A stretch of 64,000 bases of DNA from the human T2T-CHM13v2.0 reference genome, Homo sapiens. The stretch lies in the NCBI RefSeq assembly GCF_009914755.1, contig NC_060936.1; one strand, 5' to 3'. Of this stretch, positions 1 through 17,940 are shown piece by piece (within the stretch, counting starts at the first letter, position 1; each line of letters starts with the position of its first letter). The notes beneath the pieces are model-generated. The model was not told where the DNA came from and did not search any database. It saw only the letters and a list, made by a program, of their open reading frames with translations. A program made the translations under genes and the position numbers.

Positions 1-212
1 AGTGTTGTCTTTGAGTTAGATTAGTATCATAGAAGGATTTAGTATTTTAACTCCTTTGGGACCTTAGGCGCTTAGTTGATGTATCCAAGATACTTCTGCT
101 TGCTGTGGCCCTGGATCCGTGAAGGCCTTCAAGGCTGAAGGGTATGCTTGTGCCACTCTGAAAATCTCTTTATTTTATGTCATGGTGAGTTAGGCCAGTT
201 TTCTTTGTATTA

Positions 213-250
213 CTGGATTATTCAACTGAATGCCTTTCCCAGAGAATGAA
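213..250 (+). promoter_or_regulatory. HNRNPA1 intronic splicing silencer (CE9-like) upstream of exon 8
   Basis: CTGGATTATTCAACTG at 213-228, about 170 nt upstream of the acceptor, matches my recollection of the SRSF9-bound CE9 element. Confidence 0.55.
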
Positions 251-366
251 ATGCAAAGATTGGAGTCACCATAGTTTGGGAGAAAGGAAGGCTGATAACT
301 CAACCTTATTTTATTCTGACTGCTAAACAGAATTGGAAACTAACATCATCCTCAGGTAACAGATAA

Positions 367-558
<192 letters not shown>

Positions 559-834
559 TAATTTTGGATAATGTCAAAAGAGTGTCTGTAGCTACTGCTG
601 GGAAGAAAGCCCTTTAACTGCTATGTCTGGGCAGCAAAACGTTTATAGTTTAGAACCTTCAGAAAGTGATAATTTGATCACAAATTAGAAAAATCATGGG
701 ACCTCTTTACCACCTCCCTTGTAGTAGGGCCATTTTTAAATGGCCAGACACTTGAATTTAACTTTTATTATCTCAAATATGAAAACATTACTGTTGGCAC
801 TTTGAAACTTTAAAAGAAAAATTGTACTTTTCAG

Positions 835-890
835 GTGGCTATGGCGGTTCCAGCAGCAGCAGTAGCTATGGCAGTGGCAGAAGATTTTAA
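835..890 (+). CDS. HNRNPA1: hnRNP A1 last coding exon (exon runs to 894)
   Basis: ttttcag|GT GGC TAT...; encodes GYGGSSSSSSYGSGRRF then TAA at 888-890; donor TTAG|gtaagt at 894/895. Confidence 0.98.
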
Positions 891-1438
891 TTAGGTAAGT
901 AAGCACCTTTTTGTGTGTTGACATAATTTTTTAAATTGCTGATGAACCCAATAACCCTAATGTAGCTGAGCAGTGCAACATAGTTAACATTATAATTGCA
1001 GTAATTGTGGATATAAAGTTAATATTCAGATCAGCAAAATTTGTGGGAAACAAACTTGATATTGGATTGTAGCCTTGAGTCTTAATATGTTTAGATTAAC
1101 AACTTTATTCCATATTGTTCAACAGGAAACAAAGCTTAGCAGGAGAGGAGAGCCAGAGAAGTGACAGGGAAGCTACAGGTTACAACAGATTTGTGAACTC
1201 AGCCAAGCACAGTGGTGGCAGGGCCTAGCTGCTACAAAGAAGACATGTTTTAGACAAATACTCATGTGTATGGGCAAAAAACTCGAGGACTGTATTTGTG
1301 ACTAATTGTATAACAGGTTATTTTAGTTTCTGTTCTGTGGAAAGTGTAAAGCATTCCAACAAAGGGTTTTAATGTAGATTTTTTTTTTTGCACCCCATGC
1401 TGTTGATTGCTAAATGTAACAGTCTGATCGTGACGCTG

Positions 1439-1444
1439 AATAAA
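1439..1444 (+). terminator. HNRNPA1 proximal poly(A) signal
   Basis: AATAAA followed by T-rich and GT-rich sequence. Confidence 0.8.
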
Positions 1445-1799
1445 TGTCTTTTTTTTAATGTGCTGTGTAAAGTTAGTCTACTCTTAAGCCATCTTGGTAA
1501 ATTTCCCCAACAGTGTGAAGTTAGAATTCCTTCAGGGTGATGCCAGGTTCTATTTGGAATTTATATACAACCTGCTTGGGTGGAGAAGCCATTGTCTTCG
1601 GAAACCTTGGTGTAGTTGAACTGATAGTTACTGTTGTGACCTGAAGTTCACCATTAAAAGGGATTACCCAAGCAAAATCATGGAATGGTTATAAAAGTGA
1701 TTGTTGGCACATCCTATGCAATATATCTAAATTGAATAATGGTACCAGATAAAATTATAGATGGGAATGAAGCTTGTGTATCCATTATCATGTGTAATC

Positions 1800-1805
1800 A
1801 ATAAA
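1800..1805 (+). terminator. HNRNPA1 second poly(A) signal
   Basis: AATAAA preceded by TGTA elements. Confidence 0.8.
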
Positions 1806-3238
1806 CGATTTAATTCTCTTGAATGAAATGACAACTGTATGGATTTGGGACTGGCAGAGATTTGGACTTTCCCTACCCACTCCCCCTGATAATAATGTTG
1901 AATGCTTCTATCACAATTCAAGTTCAAAGCTCTGCCAGGGAATAGAAACTAGCTGCTGGCTAATGCCGCTCCATAAATCCGCAGATTTGAAGTGTCTGGG
2001 AGGCCTTTTAAAAATAACTAATATCAGAAAGCATTTTAATGAACGTAAAGATAGGCTTACATTAAAGGAAAACTGCAGTTTGACTGGGTTCTGGTTGGGT
2101 GGGCCTTCAGAGGTTCTATCAGTTAACTATACTAATTAATTTGGAGATTCAAACCATACCAATAGAAACTAAATTTTTCTACATAATTTCATGTTAACTG
2201 CAGTTTCCCTTTATGGCACAAGGGGTCACACAACCTACCTAAAATGTTAATTGTATAGAAAATGATTTCTAAACCTTTAACAGTTAATATCCAATAATGT
2301 GTTATTTGTACATAGATTCTTTTGAGCCTTACCTTTGGTGCTCTCTCAATTTCAGTGCTATTGTACCTAGTAGCATAGAGATTTGTCTATCAATAGGACT
2401 GTATATTCCATCCCATGGGTGTGTTGGAAGTTTGGGGAGGAGGAGGGTGGTGGGAGGTGGGTGGGAGGTGGTGGTGGGTGGGAAAGCATGGGTGATAGTT
2501 CCATGATACTGGCTGAGTTTGCAATAGCAGGTGGAACCCTAACTATTGAGGGAGTTTGCAGATACCTCAGGATTCGTGACAATGCCTTTAAAGATCCAGG
2601 AGAGATGTTCAGCTACTAGGAACTGCTAGCAAGTATAGCGCGAATGGCTCCGAGCTCAGACACTCTACAGCTGAGAGTAGACACTTGTGGTATGTGGAGT
2701 ACAGATAAGCCAGGGGCAGGCCACGGCACGCTCCATGAAAGCTAGGAGGGAGTGAAATATCAGTGATCATCGCAAGGAAGGAGGCAGACAAGAGTAAGGC
2801 ACACCTGACTCTTAGGACTAGCAGTCAGAACCAGGAGGAAAGGTTTTATTGCTATGCGGGTAGGTAAGAACAGATTTTACTTACATCCATATAGTTACTT
2901 AAAGTCCAGTTTTCTGTTAAACATTTTTCTTAATATATTGAGCCAAAACTAGTCCAGTTAAGCTGAACTTGGTTTTTCTGGAGATGAATTGTTTTAAATT
3001 GACACCCTATTGATGGCTCCCAGTTGAAGGAAGTGAGCACATTATTTGTACTGTGAATATAAATTTTTGCCCTTTTATTTATCTTCCTTTGACCCATTTC
3101 CTTAAAATAATGGCTCAAAGTAATAGACTTCCCCAAATGGTGGGGGGATGGGTGGGTTATTAATGGGAGGTATGGGGGGTTTAGCTTGAGATGGGACTTG
3201 GTCTTAGAGCTAGTTCTAAAGGTTGTTTACTTTTCTAG

Positions 3239-3309
3239 GGAGGAGTCTGCTACTAGTCTTATCAGCTCTTAAAAACAGAAACTCATCTGTCCAAGTTCGT
3301 GGCAGAAAG
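3239..3309 (+). other. HNRNPA1: HNRNPA1 alternative non-coding 3' UTR exon (71 nt)
   Basis: tttacttttctag|GGAGGAG...GCAGAAAG|gtaagt; consensus splice sites on both sides. Confidence 0.85.
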
Positions 3310-3529
3310 GTAAGTTTTTACAAATTAGTGCTCAGCAAAAGAATGCCCTGCGTTCCCAAAGTAAAAGAATGACAAGCTGTACCTTAAACCAAAACACTTC
3401 GTAATCTCATCCAATTGCAAAAAGAGTTATTAGCCAACCAGGTATTCCCAGTAGTGACAGTGGATATAACTGTGTAGTCATTCACCTCTGCTTATATGAA
3501 TACTTTACAACCTCTTTTGCCTTTTGCAG

Positions 3530-3666
3530 GAACGTCCTTGTGAAGACCTTTATCTGAGCCACTGTACTTCGTTATCACTGCCATGCAGTTTACATGAGCT
3601 GTTCTGCAGCTCAAATTCCATTTTGTGAATGGGTTTTTTTTTTTAATAAACTGTATTTAACTTAGT
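3530..3666 (+). other. HNRNPA1: HNRNPA1 distal alternative terminal exon
   Basis: cctcttttgccttttgcag| acceptor at 3529; AATAAA at 3645-3650; T/GT-rich downstream element. Confidence 0.85.
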
Positions 3667-4178
3667 TCTGCTTGTTTTGTCCTCCTTTGTGATATCTATG
3701 GTTAATAACATGTTGAAATTCAGGTTAGAGAGGATATGGTTGATTCTAATGTGAATTTCTATATTTAGATTCATCCCATTCAGCTTCATGGTTTAATGAA
3801 AATAGAAATGGGTTCTCACTACAGGAGTAATTCTTGGCTCACTATAAGTAAACTTTACTATTGATCCAATTGAGCATGTCCTTTTTCTAGCTCCCCTGGC
3901 AAGGGAAAATCAAGTTGTAGCACTGCCATTGAGCTCAGTATGTCTCTATTGGGACTTACGCTCACCATCTGTTGCAGAAGGACATAATGGATTTCATCTT
4001 TGGCAAACAAGTTGGGCTTATTGGCCAGCTGTCTCATACTTCAGTAGAATTCTCAAGCCAGGAGTAAGAAAGTGAACTGAATGAGAGGCAAGACTTAGCC
4101 TCTCAAAGATAGCCTAAAAATGTAAGGACTATTTTGGAAGCAATAATTGTACCCTCTAGCAAATGCTTAGGTTCTTGC

Positions 4179-4456
4179 GTGTGTGTGTGTGTGTGACGAA
4201 GTGTCCCTCTGTCACCCAGACTGGAGTGCAGTGACACTCTGCTCACTGCAACCTCTGCCTCCCAGGTTCAAGCAATTCTGCCTCAACCTCCCGTGTAGGT
4301 GGGACTAGAGGTGCCTGGCTAATTGTATTTTTAGTAGAGACACAGCGTTTCACCGTATTGCCCAGGCTGGTCTTGAACTCCTGGCCTTAGGTAATAAACG
4401 CCCACCTTGGCCTTCCAAAGTGCTGGGATTAGAGGTGTGAGCCACCGTGCCTGGCC
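4179..4456 (-). mobile_element. Alu with (GT)n-converted tail
   Basis: Reverse-strand Alu consensus adjoining a GT repeat at 4179-4195. Confidence 0.9.
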
Positions 4457-5085
4457 ACTAAACTGTTTCTGTTATTTTCAAGGAAAGTTTATCCAGCCTC
4501 AGTTTTGAGCCTAACAAAAGTGGAGGTAGGATTCTTGGGAAATTTTTGCCTTTTAACACCCATGCTGTTTTGAAACAACTGTATATGGGACTAAGTTCCA
4601 TTAGCCTTTTGATACTTGGGGGAAGTAATGTCAGGGGTCTCAGTTTGTGACTTGGCATTTGCTAGAGGTTTTTATTGTAGACAATCAAATTTCCTTGAAG
4701 GGAAAGGAAAACTCCTAAGGATAGTTTCCTAAAAGCATTCCTATTGAAGAGAAACATTGTTTCAGTCCATGTACTTTGCTATATACTTTATTATAATACT
4801 GTGAAAAGTAAATTCCATTATTTTCTAAATGAGGAAATAGGCTGAAGATAAAATCCTGTCCCAAGTTCCTGCAACCACTGGATCATATAACTCAGATTGC
4901 TCTATTTTCAAACTATGTTCCACCTTGTTTAGGTCAGCACGCTGAACAAGTATGTGTGTGTATAAGACCTCACTAGTGATTTTCATGAGAGCAGGGGGAT
5001 CTGACGTCTCTTAGGTAAACTAATTAAATTTCTGAACAGCTAGCCCAAGCCCCTGCCTTTGCAGCTTGAAATGTGGAAACAAGAT

Positions 5086-8558
<3,473 letters not shown>

Positions 8559-8701
8559 TCAAGCCCAAATTTTATGGTACCTCTCATACAGAGCTCTGGG
8601 GAGAATGAAGTGAACTTGGTAAGATTCAAACAGATAATTATCTCAGCTTCCACCCTCCCTCAAGAAGGAAGACACAGTGAAAAGCCATTTCTGTAGCGCA
8701 C

Positions 8702-8707
8702 TTTATA
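8702..8707 (-). terminator. Probable NFE2 poly(A) signal, variant TATAAA
   Basis: Plus-strand TTTATA about 245 nt past the stop; no canonical TTTATT seen between 8560 and 8950. Confidence 0.6.
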
Positions 8708-8950
8708 GACCAAAGCTTAGACAAGGTGGAGGCTAAAGACCTGAGGAGCCGAGTCAGGGAAGACAGATTCCAGCCCTCCCTCAAGGCAAGCCTCTTTGAA
8801 CACACCTTGGAACTTCCAAACACTTGTTGCCATTGTCATCCTCTTCTGGTCTAGAGAACTCAGCTCCTTCTGGGACTCAGGGTTGGGGAGTACCTTTATC
8901 AGAAGGGAATGAAGGAAATCCCATCAGCAGTTCCACCCCTCTGGGCCAGC

Positions 8951-9958
8951 TCAGTCTGTGGCCTCCATCTTGGTCCCCCGGGGCACAAGGAAGATGGTCC
9001 CATCGGCAGCCTGTTGCAGCGCGTACTCTTCAGGAGAGTAGCTGTTGCCTGATTCATCCCGAAGGTGCTGGAAAATGTCACGGTACAGCTCTGTCAGCTG
9101 TTGGCGCATGACCTCCAGGGTCCGGTCTGCCTCCCCGCGGGCCCTGAGAAGCCGCTCCCGTTCATTGGTCAGCCGCTCCAGCTCCCGCTCCAGCTGCACA
9201 ATGGTTTCCAGCTTCCTCTTGCGGCAGTTCTGGGCTGCCACCTTGTTTTTGCCCCGTCGTCGGATGTCCCGGACTAGCGCTAGCTGGCTCTCTGTCAGCG
9301 GGTACCTTGCCAATAGCTCATTAAAGTCATCTACCGGCAAGTTGACAATCTTGTCCGTAGGAAAAGGAATCTTCATGGCCAAGGCCCGACGTTCATCCCG
9401 ACTCCCTGCCTCCCCCCGTGCAGTGGGCTTAGCCCGCACAGGGCCTGAGGAGGGCTCTAAGGCCAAGGGGGTCTCAGCAGCTGGCAAGGTATAGTTGGAG
9501 TGGGCCAAGGAGTTGGGCATGAGTGAGTAGGGGTACTCCACTGGGTACATCTCTACATATTCGCTGCGCCGCCGACCAGCCTCTGTCCCCTCCAGCTCAA
9601 GAGATTCAGCATCGCTATAGTTGAGGGATAATCCTGAGTCGGATTCTGGGTCTTCTTGGGGCTTAGGTGGCCCTGCTGGCAGCCCAATGTCCAGGAGGGC
9701 TAAGGGGTCTTGGAGCGGCTCACTGAGCAGGCCTGAGAGGCTCAGTGGCTTGGAGACTGGTATGGCCATGTTGCCATAGGAGTATGGGGGATCTGGGACA
9801 TGGGATGTGGATGCTGGGAGCTCATAAGGTGGTGGAGGAAGTGGGAAGCCAGAATCTGGGTGGATTGAGCAGGGGCAGTAAGTTGTGGGTGGTGGAGGTC
9901 CAAGGTATGGAGCTGGGGCTTGGGGCTCAAATGATGGCTCACTTGGAGCATTCAGACC
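8951..9958 (-). CDS. NFE2: NF-E2 p45 CNC-bZIP transcription factor, last exon (aa 39-373)
   Basis: Acceptor ctttccttgcag|GGT CTG AAT; PPPPY, DSGLS, CNC domain, basic region [17 protein letters not shown], leucine zipper; ends TKMEATD*. The track ORF start at 9976 is intronic. Confidence 0.99.
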   Translation of the reverse strand, partial: GLNAPSEPSFEPQAPAPYLGPPPPTTYCPCSIHPDSGFPLPPPPYELPASTSHVPDPPYSYGNMAIPVSKPLSLSGLLSEPLQDPLALLDIGLPAGPPKPQEDPESDSGLSLNYSDAESLELEGTEAGRRRSEYVEMYPVEYPYSLMPNSLAHSNYTLPAAETPLALEPSSGPVRAKPTARGEAGSRDERRALAMKIPFPTDKIVNLPVDDFNELLARYPLTESQLALVRDIRRRGKNKVAAQNCRKRKLETIVQLERELERLTNERERLLRARGEADRTLEVMRQQLTELYRDIFQHLRDESGNSYSPEEYALQQAADGTIFLVPRGTKMEATD

Positions 9959-10145
9959 CTGCAAGGAAAGACACAAAGAGATTTGGAGACAGACTAAGGA
10001 AGAGAAACCAACACTCTCTCAGGACCAAGCTGGATTCTTCTGAAAGTCGCAGTGAGGTAGTAACAAGGAAACAAAGTTGCCACAAATCACGGGAAGCTTC
10101 CTGCAAAGTTATGATACAGTTGTTGCAAGAAAAATGCAGCTTAAA

Positions 10146-10830
<685 letters not shown>

Positions 10831-11711
10831 GAAATGGCTCATGTTCCTTTATTTCCTTCAGGAAGTCAAAGCCTTTTTATCCAAGATGACCCCTCAGAAC
10901 CCTTTCCTGCTGCAGTTATCTAGGGTCAAAGGGTCAAGTTCAGATCCTGGCCATGCCCCAGATGCCCAGCAGAGGGAGCCGCTGTGTGGGAAGAGGGCCT
11001 AGGGCAGATCCTGAGGGTGCTAAGCATGGTAGCAGGGTAGTAAAAGGGGGGTGGCTGGGGGCTAAGAAGCACCTTGGGGAGCCAGCACAAGCTCTGCCTT
11101 CTCCTCTTCAGTCCCTCTGTCCCTGCCCAGGTGCAGCGAGAAGTAGAGAACATGCTAGAAACAAGGCCCCCAACCTACATCAGGGAGCCACCCTGCTCCA
11201 GCCCAGCTGGGGACAAAGGCATCATTGTCAAGCCAACAGACACCCCTTTGTCCAAGTAGCAGGAGGAGAGGACCCTGGCATAGTCCGACTCCCCTTCCTG
11301 AGGCCCCTGAACTACTGCTCTGTTACCTGGGGTAAACGGGCCCAGTTGCCAAGGGCAGGCGGAGGTAATGAGGGAAGAAGATGGCAGGATCAGAGAGGCA
11401 GGTCAGAAGAGAAGAAGGTGAGCACGGGAGGGAGAGCAGGAGGTGGGGTAGAGAGAGATGTGAGTCAAGTGGCTGCTGAGAGAGCCTACACTCCCAATCA
11501 GATCATTCCCTCCCCACCACTGCTCCTCCACTCCTCCTCCTCAACGTTCCTCAGTGTCTTCCATCCGGATCTTTCCCTTCCTTTCCCAGTGCCTGGAGCA
11601 TTACCAGCCCTGAGCCCTGCTTGCTCCTGCCCTCTGCCTCAGTCCTGGCCAACTCCCTGCTTCTCTCTTCTCCGACACACGGCCTCCCCTGCCCTATCCC
11701 CCCTTACTCAC

Positions 11712-11825
11712 CTGCAGCTCGGTGATGGACATGATCTCCTGCCAAGTCAGTTCCATCTCTCCTAGCTCTGAAGTGGACAGCTGTATCACCCTGTTCCTGC
11801 TCTGCTGGGGAGGACACGGGGACAT
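11712..11825 (-). CDS. NFE2: NF-E2 p45 first coding exon (aa 1-38; whole exon 11712-11881)
   Basis: ATG at 11825-11823; [38 protein letters not shown]; donor CAG|gtgagt; 114+1008 nt gives 373 aa plus stop. Confidence 0.98.
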
Positions 11826-12120
11826 CCTACTGGGCCAGAGTCTGGTCCAGGTTCCCGGAAAGCCCAGATGGCTCTAGAAACCTGTGTCAAAGGAAAAGAG
11901 GTGTTAGAGCTACACCTGCTAGGGTCAGCAAGTTTGCACTACCTCCTTGGAGGGGCTCCCTCCAGCTTCCCCTGAGGGAAGGAGAGACCGCCTCCTCCCC
12001 ATCCTCACTCATGCTGGATTCATCAATCCCTTAAGATGGAAAGTCTTTTCCTGTGTTGTGATCTCCACCTCGCCAACTATGGCCACAGTCAGTTCCTTTG
12101 GTAGCACAGGAGGTCTTTAC

Positions 12121-12420
12121 CTTTTTTCCAGGCAAAATGCCCACTCTTTTCCCTAATACTTTTTACTCCCCCAAACTGTTTTCCTGGCTAAAGGCAGAGT
12201 CAGATCTTCTGTTTTTCTGTTTTGCTGTGTTTTGTTTTCCATTTTCTAGGGCAACATCAGGGGTCACCCTGCTTTCCTCCTCTGTCCTCAGTTTTACGTT
12301 CTCAGCCTTTTCTTTCCAAGATGATGACAGTATATGCTTGAGGATCCCCAAGAACAAGTTGTGGAAAGAGGCAAGCAGACAGCCCCTCCTCCTCTCCAAG
12401 ATATGGCCCAGGCCTGGTGG
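12121..12420 (-). other. NFE2: NFE2 proximal alternative non-coding first exon (1b/1f)
   Basis: Donor AAAAG|gtaaag at 12121/12120, directly downstream of a GATA cluster. TSS approximate. Confidence 0.75.
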
Positions 12421-12500
12421 TTGATAGCAGCTCTGCCCTCTCCTCCTATCCTGGCCCTGGGCTCCCCTGCCTGGGCCAGATAAGAGGTTTATCAGTTGCA
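12420..12500 (-). promoter_or_regulatory. NFE2 GATA-dependent proximal promoter
   Basis: Inverted pair AGATAA 12478-12483 and TTATCA 12489-12494; TGATAG 12422-12427; CTG-N8-AGATAA composite starting at 12467. Confidence 0.8.
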
Positions 12501-12702
12501 GGCAGCAGAGGCACAGAAGGAATGGGCTCTGGAGACACTGGACCTCTGTCCTGTGTCCTCACAGGGTCATTTGGGCCATACCTTAACCCATACAATCAGA
12601 AGTCTTTCCTCTTCTGAGGTAATATAACCTTAGTAAAGACTTAGTAAGCACTTGTTAAGAACTGTGCTGGTATTGCAAGCTTAGTTTATAAGATTGGTTT
12701 TC

Positions 12703-15641
<2,939 letters not shown>

Positions 15642-17376
15642 GAAGGGGAGCAAGGGGAGGCAGGAGTTTGGGGGAGAGAGAGTTGAGGAGAACCTCTGGA
15701 TCCATTCCAACCAGCTCTTGGGTGCAGTAGCAAGTTTGTACCAGGTGGCAGGTGGAGCAGGATGCTTTTCCCTAGACGCTCAAGGATGGATGGTGTTCTA
15801 TACACCAGGCATAGGGTCCCTCTGGGTTTCCAGAGCCTACCTTTCAGAGGACAGCAGAGCTGGCAGGCAGTGGGATAGATCAGGGAGATAGATAGAATTG
15901 GATCAAATAGAACACCATAGAGGGTATAGAAACTGGGGAGATACTGGGAAAGTGAAGTGGGCTTCCCTGTGTTCCCTTTCTTTTACAATAAGAAGCTCCC
16001 ACTTTACAGTTTAGCTTTTGCATTTTGGGGTCACACCACCATCTTACTCCCACTGGGTTGTCTGTTCCTTCTCTTACTCCCCAACATTATGGATTAGGTA
16101 GAAATGGGGTTGTCACCAGGGACTAAAGTCCATCCTCCTTACTCTTAGCCTGGTGGTCCTACCCAGAAAGATTTTTATCATAATCCCTAAGTACTCACAG
16201 AATGATACGGAGCTTCATGATTAGGAATACAGAGTGAGGACTATTCGGAGAGGGATGATGGAGAGAGGAATACATTTGGCCTTAGCTGCTGCCCCAGGGC
16301 TCTTAACTTCCTTAACGAGGGGGAACGATGAGAGGGGGCTTGCCTCAGGATCCCTTTTCTGAGGCTTATTTGACCACCTCACCTCTCCAGGTGTCAATAG
16401 GTGCAGTGAAAGGATGAGGAGGGATTAGTAAAACTTGGGGTATTGGTTAACCGGTAAGCAACCTATTTAGAAAGATTAGGGAGAACTCCCGAAGAGAGAG
16501 AGACACACAGAGATGAGACAGAATGAAGGGGAAAAAAAGGAGGGAGAGAGATTTAAGCATAGTGAGCTCAGTGCCCTAGGGACATGCATGACTCAAACAA
16601 ATGTGTGAGAACAAAGAAGAGGGGGACGAGTTTCTGCTATTGTGTCACTTCATCCCTGGACCCCAAACTCCAGTCCTTTGGTACCGATGTCTAGGGGATC
16701 CCAGCCCCAGCAGTTCTGATACCTCCTCTCTTCTCTTCCACTGCTTCCCAAGCCCCTATTTCCCAAGCAGCCAAGAGTTCCAGTTAGAAGCAACTATGCT
16801 GGGGTTGGGATGTCTTCCTTCTCCCTCCAGGTCCAGCTGATCTCTACTGCCCCTGGGCACAGAGAAGAGAAAGGGCAAAGGAGCCAACAACCCAGAGGCA
16901 ATCTCCCATCCAACCCCCGCACCTTGCAACACTTCTCAGAGGTTCAGATATCCAGTGTTTCCAATTCCTCAGCTTTCCCTAAACCTTCTCAGCTGCCTAG
17001 ACAGGGCAGAGTAATGGAATGGAGTTGGGGAAAGGGTAGTCTATTGGTTCCCTCAGGGTAGCCCACCAGTTGAAGGATTCCTCCTGGCTACTCCCCAGCC
17101 CCTCAGCGGTGCCTTGCCTCTGGAGACCCCTCTCTGATCCCCATTCACAGCCTCCACCCCAAGGATCCCAGAGCACCCAAGAAACCACTTAGGTCTTCTC
17201 CTAGAGGAGTTCCCAAATATGTCAGATTCCTAAACCAGGGGCAATCTAGAAAGTCTGAGGTCTCCTAGGATACCGAAAGTTGGTTATTTTCCCCCCTCAC
17301 CTCCTTCACCCCCCAGCCTGCCCCTCGGATCTCACTGGAATCCGCCCCCCCCACACACACCCTGCCTTTCAGGCAC

Positions 17377-17590
17377 CTGTGGTGGAGTCACAGCAGGGTG
17401 AGGAGAGAGATGAGGCTCCCGGTGTTGTCTCTGGGGAGGCTGAGCCTGAGCTGACACTGCTGGACGAGGATCCCGGCTACCTTTGAGAATCTGCGAGGAC
17501 CGCGCCCCGCCCCCGGGCCATTGCTGAGCGCTGAGTGTGGAAGCTCAGGCTGAGCTGAGCACAGGAGCCCCAAGCAGGCGCACCAGCGTC
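17377..17590 (-). other. NFE2: NFE2 distal non-coding first exon (1a)
   Basis: CpG-enriched; donor CCACAG|gtgcct at 17377/17376 agrees with my recollection of the cDNA leader. A second possible donor AAAG|gtagcc lies at 17481. TSS approximate. Confidence 0.7.
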
Positions 17591-17940
17591 TGAAGCCCTC
17601 GGCCTGAGTTCTCAGTCCTTCCTCCAACCCTCCCCTTTCCCCGTGGCTCTCCTCTCCTCCTGCCCCTTTCGGCCAAGAGAGGAAACTTGAGCCCGATGTG
17701 GTTTCTGCCCACACCCCGCCCCCACCTTGCTCCTGGCCAGCGGGGGCACACATGGCTCCAAGCCTCTCCCAGCCCTCCTTTTCAGCCCAGGAGTCCAGCC
17801 AGGTCTGCGTTTCTCCCATGCATTTGACGAATTCCAACCTGATGGTCCACTCGAATGTGACCTTTAAACTTTATACAGGTTGTCGTCGCCTTGTGTCCCC
17901 ACGGCTCTCCTAGGGACAGGGAAACTGAGTCATATCAAGG
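17500..17940 (-). promoter_or_regulatory. NFE2 1a promoter
   Basis: GC box 17503-17514, ETS GAGGAA about 17680, RUNX TGTGGT 17697-17702, KLF CCACACCC 17709-17716, AP-1 TGAGTCA 17926-17932. Confidence 0.75.

Larger units (their letters stand above)
1126..1825 (+). other. HNRNPA1: HNRNPA1 major terminal 3' UTR exon
   Basis: Acceptor ttgttcaacag| at 1125; AATAAA at 1439-1444 and 1800-1805. The 3' end is approximate. Confidence 0.9.

Noticed and set aside
9045-9494. 149-aa plus-strand ORF
   Set aside because: Antisense shadow of the NFE2 bZIP coding region.
8951-9976. NFE2 as a single-exon 341-aa ORF
   Set aside because: The first six residues are intronic; the true start is at 11825 in the upstream exon.
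10953-11765. 270-aa plus-strand ORF antisense to NFE2 intron 2
   Set aside because: No recognisable domain; GC-rich, low-complexity sequence makes long open frames likely; no supporting promoter or splice structure seen.
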